A DNA stretch of 64,000 nt from Klebsormidium nitens (Eukaryota; Plantae; Klebsormidiophyceae), in assembly GCA_000708835.1 (NCBI GenBank), contig DF237443.1, forward strand, positions 7,196 through 71,195, written 5' to 3'. Below the pieces are notes generated by a model. That model searched no databases. It was not told where the DNA came from and was given only the letters and a program-made list of their open reading frames with translations. The translations under genes and the position numbers were made by a program. Of this stretch, positions 39,601-52,301 are shown piece by piece; the stretch's first letter is position 1; each line of letters begins with the position of its first letter.

Positions 39601-41671
39601 CCCCCTCCTGCCGACGGCGCTCCTCCGTAGCTGCGCCCCCCCCTGCGCCTGAGCTGCCCGCTGCCTCCCAGGGCTGCTCCGCCCCGCTGTCGTGCGCTGC
39701 GGCGGTATCAAGGGTGTCCTCATCACACATGTCACCTGAGGAAGGAGGCAGCAACGCAGTGTCAGAGGGTGAACCTGCAGCAGCTTGTCCGCAACTACAC
39801 CAAACCAGCTTGGCAACATATTACGGACGGTGCTGCTTATCAACGGTTCACATTTTTACTTCAGACACCCGTTCAACGATCTGAGACCTTAAAACTAGGA
39901 GCATTTACGCCAGCACGTTTTTGGGCTTCTTGCGCGCTTTTACTCGGCTTCTTTGCGCGTGGCGGCGCTTGCCTGTGAGCACGCTGAACATCTCTTGGAG
40001 CATGTCCCGCTCGATGCCCGCTCCGCCCTGCTCCCCCGCCCCCAGGCTCAGCCCGTTCCCCAGCATGGCCCCCGCCTCGCCCCACGCTGGCACGCCCAGG
40101 CCATCGCCCAGGCACCCTGCGCCCGTCACCAGCTCCTTCCCGGCTCCTGCAAACCCATTGCTCCTCCCCACCACTGCTTGTTGGCCCCCAGCCAAGCTCG
40201 GCCCGCTCCCCCAGACGCTGCCCCCCTCCGCGTCCTGCCCCTCCCCCTCCCCTTCATGATGCACCACCAGCAGATCGTACGCCGGCGCTGCCGGTGCCCC
40301 CTGTCCCGTTCCCCCCTTCCCCCGCTCCCGCCCTTGCCCGCTCCTGCTGGGCGCCTCCTTGCCCGGTTGTTTGCCGCGGCCGTGCTGTGCCTGGTGGTAT
40401 CCCAGCAGTTCCTTCCTCTTGCGCATGCGCGTCGCCTGCTCGTCCTCAATCTCGGCCTCCCAGCTGCGGCTGCCCCCCAGCCGGCTGCGCCCGCCCCCCC
40501 GGATGCGCTCCTCAAACGCCTCCAGGTTGGCCAGCAGCGGCTCCTCCAGGCCGTTGAGGCTGTTCATGTCCTGCGGCGTGGGCATCCCCGGGTCCGCCAG
40601 GCCCACGCTCATGTCGTCGTCGTCCGCGTACAGGTCCCCAAACGTGGGGTCTAGCAGCAACCGCCGCCGGCGCTCAGCCGCATCCTTCCGGGCTCGCTTG
40701 CGAGCGCGTCCATACTGCAATCGCAGGCCGCCCTGCGCTGGGGAGCCGTCTGAGCGCTGCACCTCCGCAGACGGAAAGGACGGGACGCTGCTCTGCAGAA
40801 GCGAGGGGGGCAGCAGCAAGGTTTCCAATCAGCATTTACGAAGCTCGTGTGTCACAATGACTTTGGACGGAATAGCTTTTGAACGGAAGCTATTCCTTGG
40901 GGGACGGGCCGGTGGCACGTGCTTCATAGACTGCACACGGTCTCTGGCACTTTGGGGCGTCAATTGAAGCCTACCGCCAGCTCGGCTCGCCCCGGTTTAT
41001 TCTCTTCAGGTATTGCTTGTCGGGAGACGCAGACACGTGCCCTTAATTGAAGCAATTCCGCAGCCAACAATCTGACCAGCGCTTGCACTCTCCACTAGAT
41101 GCAGGAGGCAGTCTGGTCCATGGCGTGCGGGGGGGGCCCCTCTCCGGGCTGGCTCACCAGAGTCCCCAAGACAGCTGCCTGGCCGCAGGCTGCCAGCATC
41201 CTGCGCGAGGCGTCCAGTGCCAGCCCTGGGTCCGTGAGCAGGGTCCGCCAGCGCTCCTCCAGCTCGGGCAGGCTGAAACGCCGACTCAGGTCCATGGCCC
41301 CCCGCGCCAGGGCCTCCAGGGCATAACCAGCCTGCCCAATGAAGAAAGCAGCGACATGAGGGGTGGGCCATCAACGCTTCGTCCTCCATTCGCCTCATGA
41401 CATGAACCAGGCACAGCTGCGTATGTCCACTTAGAAGTGGCATATATGTCCCTATCGGAGGCTGACTTTGGAAAGTGCGAACTCCCAGAGATGACATGAG
41501 AATGGGCCCCAGCGTCTACCGTTGAACATTCGCAGATTGGCTTCAACGGGGCAGCGCAGATAGCTGTCCTTGAGATCCAATCTTTATAATTCAAAGGCAA
41601 AATGGGCCCACCTCCATCGACTTCATGAGAATGAGGTCGTCTCGTGCTGTCCATTCTGTATGACCAGACAT
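36648..41671 (-). CDS. MCRS1: Microspherule protein 1-like (MCRS N-terminal domain plus C-terminal FHA); exons 41671-41612, 41331-41158, 40792-39973, 39735-38495, 38144-37914, 37635-37483, 36791-36648, about 940 aa
   Basis: WTARDDLILMKSMEAGYALEALARGAMDLSRRFSL.ELEERW..LL.DP (plant MCRS_N); YFSDVEALVLD.DL; RLEQ; ALAVLYGR; ILVGRST...VDVDL...KVSRKQA.IKL...G.W.IKNLGK...VN...LLEIGGLRLVFEIN (FHA). Confidence 0.85.
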
Positions 41672-42933
41672 GCCTAGCTGTTTCTGAGAAGGGCTGCCCT
41701 TGAGTGCCTGCTTCATGGGGGGCAGGAAGCCTGCAAAATGAAGTGTCGTCGACTCATTTAGCAGAGGTTACTTAAAGGTGCTCTCCGAAAGGCCGTTCAA
41801 ATTACTAGCCATGTAACTTCTGAATTTCAAAAATGCCGTGTTCCTGGACCACCGCACGAATCCTGCTGACACAGTCAATGAGCTGATCAAAGTTACAGCA
41901 CGAGCACAGGTGCCAGAATGACAGATTGCCCCTTAATTAGAAGCAAGGGGTGATTCAGCCCTTAACCGATCAAAGAGGACTGTCTGAAGGCGAAAAGCTC
42001 TCTAAGAACAGTCTGGGTAGCCTGATCTGAGCTGCACTCACAATGCCAATCAGAGAACAAGTCTTACAGCGCCAACCTCAGGATATTGCAAATTGCATTG
42101 AGGCAGGGATGTAGACAGGACGCAGAAGCCAGGCCTTACCCAAAGGCTGGCTACTGTCTGGTGTCAGCTAATCGGGTTCAACCAACCAGCGACTGTATGC
42201 CAACCAAGCACCCCGTCAGACCTGAAACTCAAATGCTTGAAGCTACGGCAGACAGGTCTGTTGCCCTTCCAGCAAACTTCAAATGCCACTTTCTGCACAG
42301 CTTGGTGTAACACATCCAGAAGCACACGGCTCAGCTCCTGAAATGGCCTTTAAAATCTCAAGTCTAGCTCCTCCTACGAGGACAAGTTGCAACTAGGTAT
42401 GCTAGCCTGCGGGGGCATGAGATGGCCTTGCAATGACACGGCCCTTGCCGCAAGTTGCCGGCCCTGCGAAAGAGTTGATTGAGAAACAGGGGCGCAAACA
42501 GGGGCGCAACACTGCAACAAATGCAATGCAGCGGGCCTGGCTGTGCAGCTGCTGCTACCTAGGTCTTTTTCAATGCAGGACGTGCTCACTTCAAGTTGGA
42601 GTCTAACCATGGTAAACCTTTTATACATTTTAACCGTTCAAGAATATGATCTGCGATTCTGCAGGTTGCCGATGGGCCATGTGTAGGCATGGAGCATTCG
42701 GGTCAAGATTCGGGGTTTGGGGGTGAACCCTGTTTCTGGGAACAGCAGCTCGCGAGGTGGATTCGAAGGTGTCCAGAGCTTTGTCGTTGACACAGACAGT
42801 GAAGGCGGCCCAGGGCCATAGCACCCCATCTCCTGCTCATGCAAGCTCAATCAAATCAACTCCAATCCTCGAGACTTAGAGGTTAGCACAGCGTTTTACT
42901 TGACGCTTCTGCTGTGCTGCGGCTTGTCTGGCC

Positions 42934-44796
42934 ATGAGTGGTGCGGGTGCAGAGGTGGTCCGCCTTTTTGAGAAGGCCAGCACCGCAGCAAATGCTGCTG
43001 GAGCTGGGGACAGCCTGGTTGCAAGCGAAGAGAGCAGGGCGGCAGATGCCCTGCAGCAGCTGCAGAAGGTGGGTGACAGCCCAGTGGATGCGAGACTCTA
43101 GCTGCATATCCCTTAAAGGACACTTCAATGTTGACTGGTTGTCGTTAAGGAGTACTGTTCCTCGTGGCAAGCTTAATATTCTTTCTTGGAAGAGTGAATT
43201 GCTCTCTTTTCGTGGAAAAAAGCAAGGACATCATGTCGAATTCGTGCGCGGAGAGGGTGGGTGACGTTGTTCCTGACGGGATTCCTGAAGATCTTGGCTT
43301 CCGGAGTGTACTGTTATATCACACAGGTTATCATAAAGTGGTTGGCTTCAAACGACTTGCTAACAAAGCCTTGTTGGCCACAAAAGACTCGCTAACAAAG
43401 CTTCGTTGCCCCACATTCCTTTTTACTCTTCTTAAGGTGGAGTATTCCCAGTTTATGTGTGCGATGCGTGCTGTGGCCCTTTCCAGCTAGATCCCTCAAT
43501 TGACTGCATCGATCAAAGAGAGCCCGGATCCAGTGATCGCTCATGAAGGTTCCAACATGTAGAAAGAATTGAGCACTGGCTGAACACACTTAATGATGTA
43601 GAGTCACTTTGCTTGAGGGTGCTGTTCTTCAAGTTTAAACAGTATCTCGCAGCTCATTAAGTGGACCCCCTCATCAGGACTGGTTGCCCCTTTGTGCCAG
43701 GTGTCCATCAGCACTGCTGTCCTGGTGGAGACACAGGTGGCCAAGAAGGTGCGCCGCCTGATCAAGCACCCCAGCCGCAAGATCAGCGCCGCGGCGCAGG
43801 CCCTGTTAGACACCTGGAAAAAGGCAGTGGTCGCAGAGGGACCTGCCAAGTCAGCCGCCACTCCGCAGGTACCAAATGATGCTCCTGACAGGGCGCAGCC
43901 AAATACAAACGAGGGCAATTCGGTTGGGAAGCCCATGGGGTCAGCCACCGACGCAGGAGCCCTCCCTGAGGGGGAGTTGGCGGAACCCCCCTCTCCTTCT
44001 GGAGCAGCCGCGGAGACGCCAATGAGTCGAGCCGTGTCACGGGAGGAGGTGGAGGCAGCACTGGCCGGCGTAGAGGTGATCGGGGTTGAGCTGCGGGACA
44101 AACTGCGCGGCAACATTGTGGAGGCGCTCATGATGGCGCAGGTGGATGCCAGGACGTGCGCGTGCAACGCAGTGGCGGTGGGCACGGCGGTGGAGGCGGA
44201 GCTCTACAAGCAGTTTGTGAAAGACGCGCGCGACATGAGCCTCTACAAGGCCAAGTACCGCTCCATCCATTTCAACCTCAAGGACAAGAATAACCCGGAT
44301 CTCCGGAATAGGTCAGTTACGCTGCAGGGCCCTCGGGGCACAACTCCAGTGGTTATCTGAGCTCTTTGGTCTGCCCACGTCTCTACGATGAGAAACGACC
44401 TGAAGAGCGTATTACTTTAATATCGTCCTCAAGTGATTGGCTCAAAGAATCTGACCTTCCTTTGCATGGGCGGTTGAATCCGGTTGATTGACATAACATT
44501 TGGTATGTGTGCGCAGAGTTTTGACCGGCGGTGTGAGTCCAGCCCGTCTGATGACCATGACGGCAGAGGAGATGGCGAGCGACGAGAAGAAATACCAGAT
44601 CAAGCTGATTCGAGACAAGGCCATGTTTGAGGCGGACCGGTCCATGAAGAACGTGGCCAGCACCGACCAATTCAAGTGCGGCAGGTGCAAGCAGCGCAAG
44701 TGTACCTACTTCCAGATGCAGACGCGGAGTGCGGATGAACCCATGACAACGTTTGTAACATGTACAGTATGTCAAAAACGGTGGAAGTTCTGTTGA
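42934..44796 (+). CDS. TFIIS: Transcription elongation factor TFIIS; exons 42934-43068, 43701-44311, 44517-44796, 341 aa
   Basis: N-terminal LW domain (LLDTWKK), central domain (YKAKYRSIHFNLKD..NPDLR) and zinc ribbon (FKCGRCKQRKCTYFQMQTRSADEPMTTFVTCTVCQKRWKFC) with the acidic DE hairpin intact. Confidence 0.95.
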
Positions 44797-45606
44797 GTAG
44801 GTATGGGGCAATGAGGACTTCTGCTCGTCTGGCAGCCGTAACGGGACATGACAATCATTCCTTGTTGAAGACAGAACACGATCCTGATTGTTGATCACCC
44901 ATACGCAAAGCGTACAATACATTCATTGGTTCCTTCTGGCCCCTTTGGTCGGACATGACGCGTTTGAACCTTGCGTTGACTCCATATACAGCAGCGTAGT
45001 GAGTTGTAAGTTGTAACACCCACAGATCTCTAGAGATATTAGTTACCTTTGACAGGTCATATACATGCATGGTCGTGATCACATTGATCCAAGCTTGCTC
45101 TCTGTCATAGCATGCACGTTTAACTTAATGAATAACCGGATGGCCTTCTAAATGGTATAATCCATATCAACAAATGTATATTTATGATGTATTTCGGCAA
45201 ACATTCTCGAACCAGCTCCTACGCAGTGATGCTGGTCGATCGTGCACACTGTATGTATTTAGAGCCTGCTCGAGCACCAAATCTATTTGGCAAGCACTTG
45301 CCAAGTAGGCCCGCTCATGAACCTAAGAGTCAAAGCAAGCCTGCAGCGCCCGGTGCATCCCTAAAAAAAATTGGCTAGAGAACCGACAGCTAGGATGAGT
45401 GAACTGTGGCTGCCACCAACGATGGGTAGTGGCCATGGCCATGAAGCCTGAAGAACCATGGAACACTGCGGACTGCCACAAGTACTTGAACAGAGGCTAT
45501 TGCGTTTGGGCCATGACATGACACCAAGACGTTCGCATGTGTGTCAGCACCATGTCATCCCAGGTTTCAATTGTGCCCCTCTGCTCTCTCCGATCTGCAC
45601 TCGCGT

Positions 45607-46692
45607 TTACGAATCTTCCATCGTTGATTGCAATCGTCGCTCTTTCACGAGTTCTAAAACCTCCTCTTTTGCCTCCTGTTTCGATTGCATCTTTTTTGGC
45701 ACCCGGTAAAAGAATTCCCCTTCGGTCGAAACAGTAGTCTTTTTGTCTGGTGAAAACACACACAGGCATTCAATCTGTTTCCTTTCTTTCAACCACTTCA
45801 GTGCCTTTTTCATCTGGCTTCTGCTTTGTAGGCCAGCTTCCTGGACGCACAGAAAGAGCACCGCTGTCAAGATGGACTCGTTCACTGTTGCAGTCGGAGG
45901 GCCTCATATCCGGTGGTAGTGCTTGCTTCTGAAGTACCCTCCCCTCCTCACCGCAATCAGAACTTTGAGTTTTCAACAGCCTCAAACCAAACCTCTGCAC
46001 TCCAGCTCATTCTGTTGCAGATTTGTGAGCACATATACTGGGCAGCCAAATTGCATGAGAACCTGACCAGCTGATGCAATCAGACGGCACTCCAAGGTTG
46101 AGGAGCCACGCAAATCGGAAGGACGCAGGAGACTGTATGCCATCTCCTTCAAACTGAGATTGCTTAAAGTAGTGGAAGAGTGAGCCCTGCTGAAATCTGA
46201 AAGGGGCATACATGAACGTTGGATATCCAACCCCCCGCTTGCAGAAACTAGGGAATTGCAGGGACACAACGCCAGAATGCCCGTCCCTCCCGTTGCTTCT
46301 TTGAGAGAAAAAAAGTAAAGAAAAAGAATCAGTCCTACCCAGATATGTAGTTGAAGCCCACAAGCACACCATCAACAACAAGCTTAATTGAAGAAACATT
46401 CTTCTGACCAATGGGCGCTTACTTGTGCATACTTCCAGGTTTCCTTAGTTGTAAGCGGGCCATGCGCTTGCACGATTGACCTCAAAACGCTGGCAGGGCC
46501 TGTCTGCGCTCGTTCATATCTTGGAGGGGCGCCCTCCTCCGCAGCATTGCCCTCCGGCACCCTGCTTTGTGGACTGTTTGCTAGGAACCGTGTTGAAACG
46601 AATAACGGCGGCCACAGGTGACTTTGCGATTGCTCCTGACTGCAGACCAAAAAGAACCTTCCGGGCAGAAGCAGGCGGACGTGTCGAAACAT
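45607..46692 (-). CDS. Small organelle-targeted protein resembling plant mitoribosomal mL80; exons 46692-46423 and 45840-45607, 167 aa
   Basis: Presequence-like N-terminus, then LRSIVQAHGPLTTKETWKYAQEAGLQSRSQMKKALKWLKERKQIECLC, like the HGPLT..W...GL.SK.HMK..L.W pattern of a plant winged-helix mitoribosomal protein. Phase-0 GT-AG join. Confidence 0.55.
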
Positions 46693-47871
46693 AACGGGCA
46701 GCCTGGCCTCTGGCCCTCAAGCCTTGTGCATACGCTCTTGGAATTGTGAAACTTTGATGAGGACTACCTCAGTCTGTGCGCTGCGCTTGAAAAGTTTGAA
46801 ATCAGAAACCGAGGCCCATGGCCGGCCAATATTGGCATGGGGTGCCCACTGCCCACTGCCGCCTCTTCAACTTCAAGTTGCATTTCGAGCTTTCCCGCAG
46901 CCGGAGTCCACCAGTACTGGCACCACACGAAGGTGGATTCATGAGCAAGCTTGCTAGATACCGTAGCAGCATTGTCGCAGCATTGCCGCAGCCGGCATGC
47001 CAAGGCCCCGGCGGCCGCCTAGCGATCAGGCTGGCGATCGAAGCGGCCGCGGCCTGCGGGCGGCCTGCACAACGGCCTGCAAGTTGGATGCCACCGTTAC
47101 CGCCTTTCCAAGCCTGCCGGACGGTGACGTCCAAGGCTGGTATTGCCGCGCCCGTTCAAAAAAAGGTACCTAGATAGGTATTACAGCTTTACTGAACCGC
47201 CAGGCGGTGTCCCTAAAACGCGGACCAGCAAACCGCGGAAAGCTGAAACCGCGGACCGTAACGATGCTCAACACTGAATTTACCGCTTCGGGGGGGTCGA
47301 ATATATTCCCTTTTCTTAGGATATTAGGATTATTTTGAAAGCGGTTTGGGTGTCCGCGGCCGCCACTGCGCAACAGCCGCGGCCCGCGCCGCGCCGATCG
47401 ACTAGGGCGCTGGGCGGCGCGCAGGCCCGGCCGGGTGGCGCTTGAATGGCACCGTCTGACTCGGACTGATTGGCCCGGCAGTGCTAGGCGCGCGGCCGGC
47501 CGACCGGCGGCCAGGGCTGCATAGGTCTGCGAGCTGGTCGGATCAAGGCTGGTCAACCTCCTTTCCATATCTTCCACTTCCACCAATGTTCACATAAAGC
47601 TCAGAAATTGTTTCAGTGATGGCAACAGCATTGCAGAGCTAAGGCGACAGATTCTTGTATGCTGCGGCGCCGCTTCTGTGGGCTTCTGTGTTAACATCAG
47701 AAGGGGATCAGAAGCTTCTCTGCTTTTTGTGTAGTTAGATAGAGCTGTGAATGCTGACTGTATGCTGGGAGGATTTTGAACTCCAAAGTCTGCAGAAGAT
47801 GCAAGGAGTATCATTTGCCAAAGCTGCTCACAGCCGCTCATATTTGACTTAGCATACCAGACCGCTGCGCA

Positions 47872-50800
47872 ATGGGGTCATCGGCAGCAAAGAATGTGTT
47901 CAAGCCGGTGGCAATAGATAAATCCTTTTTCGAGATGCAAGTGGGCACTGCAGAGCAGCAGAGGGACTGTTTGAACGCGGACTTGGAGAGCCCAATAGAG
48001 TATTTCTTGAGGTGCATTGACGAGCCATGGTCAACAATGGAAGGGTAAGCCAACAAAGTCCATCTGGCAGACCACTTCTGTTTGACGCGGTTGCGAACCT
48101 CGGGTTTTATCTTGCTTTCACGAGGGCTGTAGCCTGCATTGACTGGATCAAATGTGGGGATGTTTTGCATATGCTTGAGAAAAGGTTGATCAGATTGGGT
48201 GCCATTTGAGAAGGTTTGTTCGTTGTAGCAAGCTGGCTTGGGCGCACGGCCCCCGCTTGTATTTTTCAAACGCCCACAGCATATTCAATCTCAAACAATC
48301 CTCGGATCACCCATGCATTTTTGGCAATTTCTGGGACCTTAGCAGCCGCTTAGAATGCAAACACACTTGTAGCAGCGCCAAGCATGCAGAGCGTTGGGTT
48401 TGTTTGCGGTCTTAACATGTGCTAGCTCCTACTTGTCACGTGCGCTGCAAGCTAGTTTTGGCCATTACGTCCACGTCTATACAGGCTTTACGTCTTTGCT
48501 TCAAGCAGCTCAGCACATCTCATCTCCTCTCGTTGCAAAAACCTACGTAACTTTTATTTTAGGTGAAGTTATGGTTTCTCAATCTGCTTCGGTACGGGAT
48601 CTGTGATTTGAACTTGGTAATACATCTCTCACCATTCGTGTTTCAACCCCTCTAGGAATTTTAACGTGCGGCTGCAACGATTCAACACCTTCATGGGGGG
48701 CAGGTATGGAGCCTCTAGCCTTCCACGCAGTGATGAGGACATCTTGAAGCTTAAGGTACGCACCGTCAAGCAATACAGGTATGCAGGAAGCCCGTCTAGA
48801 TAAGCTGAATGTGGGGCACTGATGCGGGCTTTCTTCTTCGTAGACAGTACTGTTGTGGACTCTTTTTCCTTTCATGTTTGCTCGGGTGTTTGTTTCTTGC
48901 CCTTGTTTTAAGCACATGCAATTTACCATGACACTCGTGTTTGCCATTAAGTTGTCCTGTACTGTGCCTCCCGATGCCAAATGCACTCTGACGCAAGCTT
49001 CAATTTTTGCCCACTGATCTCAACTGACATATGATGTTGCTTTTGATATGCATGCTAGCTTTTTCATGAACCTAGTTAATAACAACAACTCCTGTGTGTT
49101 CTTCCTCCAGGAACAATACCCCGATCTCGTCACTCTTGCGCAACACGTCTCTGCATCTGATCTCAACTCCGCGGACTTCAAGAGCAGGCTCTGCGATCCC
49201 GCCCCCAATGAGCACTTCTTCATAGTGAAGGGGGCTCTCAGCAAGGCCCAGCAAGCGGGGGCTTTGAGAGCGTTAGTGCCAGAACTGCTTCCCATGACGT
49301 ACAAGGAGAGAAAGTCGAAGGGTTATCGGGACCCAATGGAGCCAAGAAACGGAATCAAGTCCCGCTGCGAAGGAGTTCAAGGGGGGCAGTTTGTTTTGTA
49401 CGATCTGCCAGAGGAAGCGACGGACTTAGGCGGGTTGGGGGCTCGGGAGCAGCACGACCGGCCAAAGTCGGGAGACACGTTTTTAGAAGTCTTTTCGGAG
49501 ACCACTGACGGAAAAAGAGTGGGGGCGATTGACATCGATGTGGCAGATCCGTTCGATGACCCCAAAACGTCGTTCTGCACGACTGTCGAGCGCATCAAGC
49601 GAGAGCTAGGTACGTGGCAAATTTTTAAGCCTGTTCATACATAGCTTGCACCTGTCTTCGTTGCTATCTCCCTCCGGTTGGCAGTTCAAGTTGACAAGTG
49701 CAGTTCGTTATCCTCAGACGCTTCAAGCCTCTGTTCTCTGACCGACCATTTTCGTGACAAGACGGGCTTACTGTCGGGGGTGCTCGATCTAAACAACGTC
49801 CTTCGGGTAGGGCATCATCAGTGGACCTGCAAGGGTGCAACTAGATTCAAAGCCTTTTCGTACCTTCAAGTGTTGGGCAGCCGTCCCCATCTTCTCCTTC
49901 AAGGAGGCTTTTCACCAGCTTTCCTTGGCCACAGTCTGATGCAAGACACTGTGGCAAGACGCACCTTCCGCTGGCCAACGTCGTCCATTTCACAGGTCTT
50001 CGCTCAGACTTGGAGACCCTTTTCAAATCATCCGACTCAAGGGCTCAAGTTCACGAAAGGCAGATGTGCTCTGTCTTTGCTCAAACAACTGCACTTCTGC
50101 TCTGCAGGGATTGATTGGCCCCTTTCAGATGACTACCTCTCGCATCCGGATATGCCGGCTGGTGTGTCGCCTCGCAAGCCTACCGCCTTTGCAAAGAAGA
50201 ATCACATTACGTGGGGGCACTTCGAGATGAACGGGTGGCCGGCAGTCAACATCATGTGTGCGGCAAGTTCGGCGCCGCTCGGTCGACTTGCGCAGCTCGC
50301 CAGGCTCAACGCCGCCGCCGACAACGTCGAGGTGCCCTAAAATTCCTGGTCGTTGTTTGATGCGTATCCTTTTCGCCCCCAGCGTTGTTCTCGCACTGTG
50401 TTCAAGATGATTTGTTTGCTCGAAGCTCAAGCCGTTCTCGCCTCGGACACTGAAAGTCTCATCTTACCTCGAATCTACCCACATAAAGTTTTACGACGAA
50501 GTGCTAAAATGGATCAGGTCATCAGCACTTTTTGGCTTCGAGAATGCCTGTCTTCCCCAACTATAGGTAGTCAAACCCCGGCGAGTGTTTTCTCCACAAG
50601 TAGACAAACCCCGGCGTGTGTTTTCTCAACAACCTCGTGGTTTTAGATCGTCTTCCCTTCGGCCAAAAACGGCGTCAACTTGGCCGAGTAGGTACGGAGT
50701 ACGCAGCTGTCTCGTATGATCATACTTTTTTGACTTTCATGTTCATCCCTTTTGCAGCTGAGTCAAATCCTCGACATGGAGGACCGCCGGGTTGCGGAGC

Positions 50801-52203
50801 AGCAGTCGGGTGAAGACGCCTCTAACGGGGCTCAGCTTGCAAGCGGGTCCCGGAGAAGCCTGGCTCGTTGTGGGTCGGATTAGACATCAGCCCGGACAAC
50901 ATGCAACGTGCTGAAGTACTATTCGCCCGCGCCTTCGGGGAGTACTTCGAAGAGTGCTCGTCTCCCCAACTTCTTGGGGAGACCGTTCCCCCAGTTGTAC
51001 GGGCAGAGATGGACGCCTACTCCCCCATGCAGCGCTTTCTCTACCTCAAGGACGGCTATTGGGCCCTCTCTCCGCAACTTCTATTGGACCACGGGATCAA
51101 AATCCATCTGATGTAAGCCTCCTTCTCGTTGCTGTTTTTCTCTCGCACCCTTCTCGTTCGAGCTCAATGATAGCGTTACCGTGATGATCAATAGGTGACC
51201 ATCAAAGTTCGTCTTATAGCTTTACCAACCAAGGGTATAGGCACACATCTTTCGGCTACAGAAGCTCCAAAAAGTACTCCGCCATGACTCAAGAACGTGC
51301 AACATTTGATTAGCCTTCAACTACTCTTGTCCAACTTGTCGGCGCTAGACGGTGATCCCAAAGTGATGGCATCACTGCTTCTGTGCTCAAGAATCCAGTG
51401 TTAGGTCGCGGAATTGCATTGAATTTGCCCTGGCCTACATGCCACCGGCTATCTATGCACTTTCCCGCTGTTACGCAGGTGGCAGGAGGCAGGGGACATC
51501 GCCCTGAACGGAGCGCACAAGAATCACTACGTGGTTTCGCCTGGAAAGACGCTGGCAGTGGCTTTCAACGTGGGACATGGAGAAGGTGTTGCGACCTGCA
51601 CACCTCCCCACAACCCCGTCGAGCGGACAACCCGGTTCTTCGCCAAGAAAAGTCTGGGCCACTCCTGGACTGAGTACTCGTGGCTACAAGGCTGGAACCC
51701 GTGGACGTTCCTAGAAGCGGTGAGGCGTCCTAAACACGTGTGCATTGATCCTCAGGAAAGTATGCAAGTAGTCTGCGGGGTTTCAGAAGAAGAATTGTTT
51801 CCTTTGAAAAGTCTGGATCGTCTGGTGGAATTTCAAGCGTTCATGTCAATCTCGAACATTTGTCCACAAGTGCCATCGCAAGGGGCAACTGAATCGATGT
51901 ACGATACTTCGAAACAAATGCACATCGGCTGCTTTGCGCGTGGAACTCTGCTGGAAAAGAAACGCACACACAGCTTTTTTGCGGCAGGCAAAGAGAGCTA
52001 AGGTGTGCCTCACTAGTCCTCATGGTGTTGCCGCCCCGTCGACCTCAAAAGTCAAACCCTGAAAGCGGTCATGGGGACTTGACTGCGCAGGTGTTCAACA
52101 ACAGCTTCACCGACAATCTGTCCAGCCCCGCAGTGGCGGCCACCTACCACCACGGGTTGCTGCAGTACGCACGGGGGGAGATCGGCCTAGCGGATCAGCC
52201 TTG
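47872..52203 (+). CDS. Divergent JmjC (KDM4/KDM5-like fold) coding exons: 47872-48044, 48656-48755, 49111-49609, 50108-50331, 50758 or 50844 to 51112, 51479-51719, 52091-52203
   Basis: MPAGVSP..PTAF...ITWGHFEMNGWPAVNIM...SLWVG...LSPQLLLDHGIKIHLMWQEAGDIAL...H..H.V..G..LAVAFN aligns by eye with KDM4 (GVNTPYLYFG...FAWHTED...SINY...KSWY...ISP.MLKKYGIPF..VTQEAGEF...YH.GFN.G...AE..N). Splice phases are consistent except at one acceptor. The start codon is tentative. Confidence 0.72.
50572..50631. repeat. Two ~33-bp tandem copies in an intron
   Basis: CAAACCCCGGCG(A/T)GTGTTTTCTC(C/A)ACAA occurs twice. Confidence 0.8.
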
Positions 52204-52301
52204 GTAAACGCTTCTACTCGTTTTTCTGACTTCAGCCGAACCCAGGCCATGTGCAGAAAGGCGAGCAATACGATCAAAGCCTTAACAATTCGTTTGCTTT
52301 T

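Noticed and set aside
15698-41400. Many long overlapping Arg/Pro/Gly/Ala-rich ORFs (for example 15698-16861 +, 24914-26224 +, 39072-39884 +)
   Set aside because: Antisense or off-frame shadows of GC-rich exons of the real genes; no recognisable motifs.
48071-48184. Additional phase 2-2 exon upstream of the JmjC domain
   Set aside because: It is open, but the intron from the preceding donor (48045) would be only 26 nt. Left out of the model; it could be an alternative exon.
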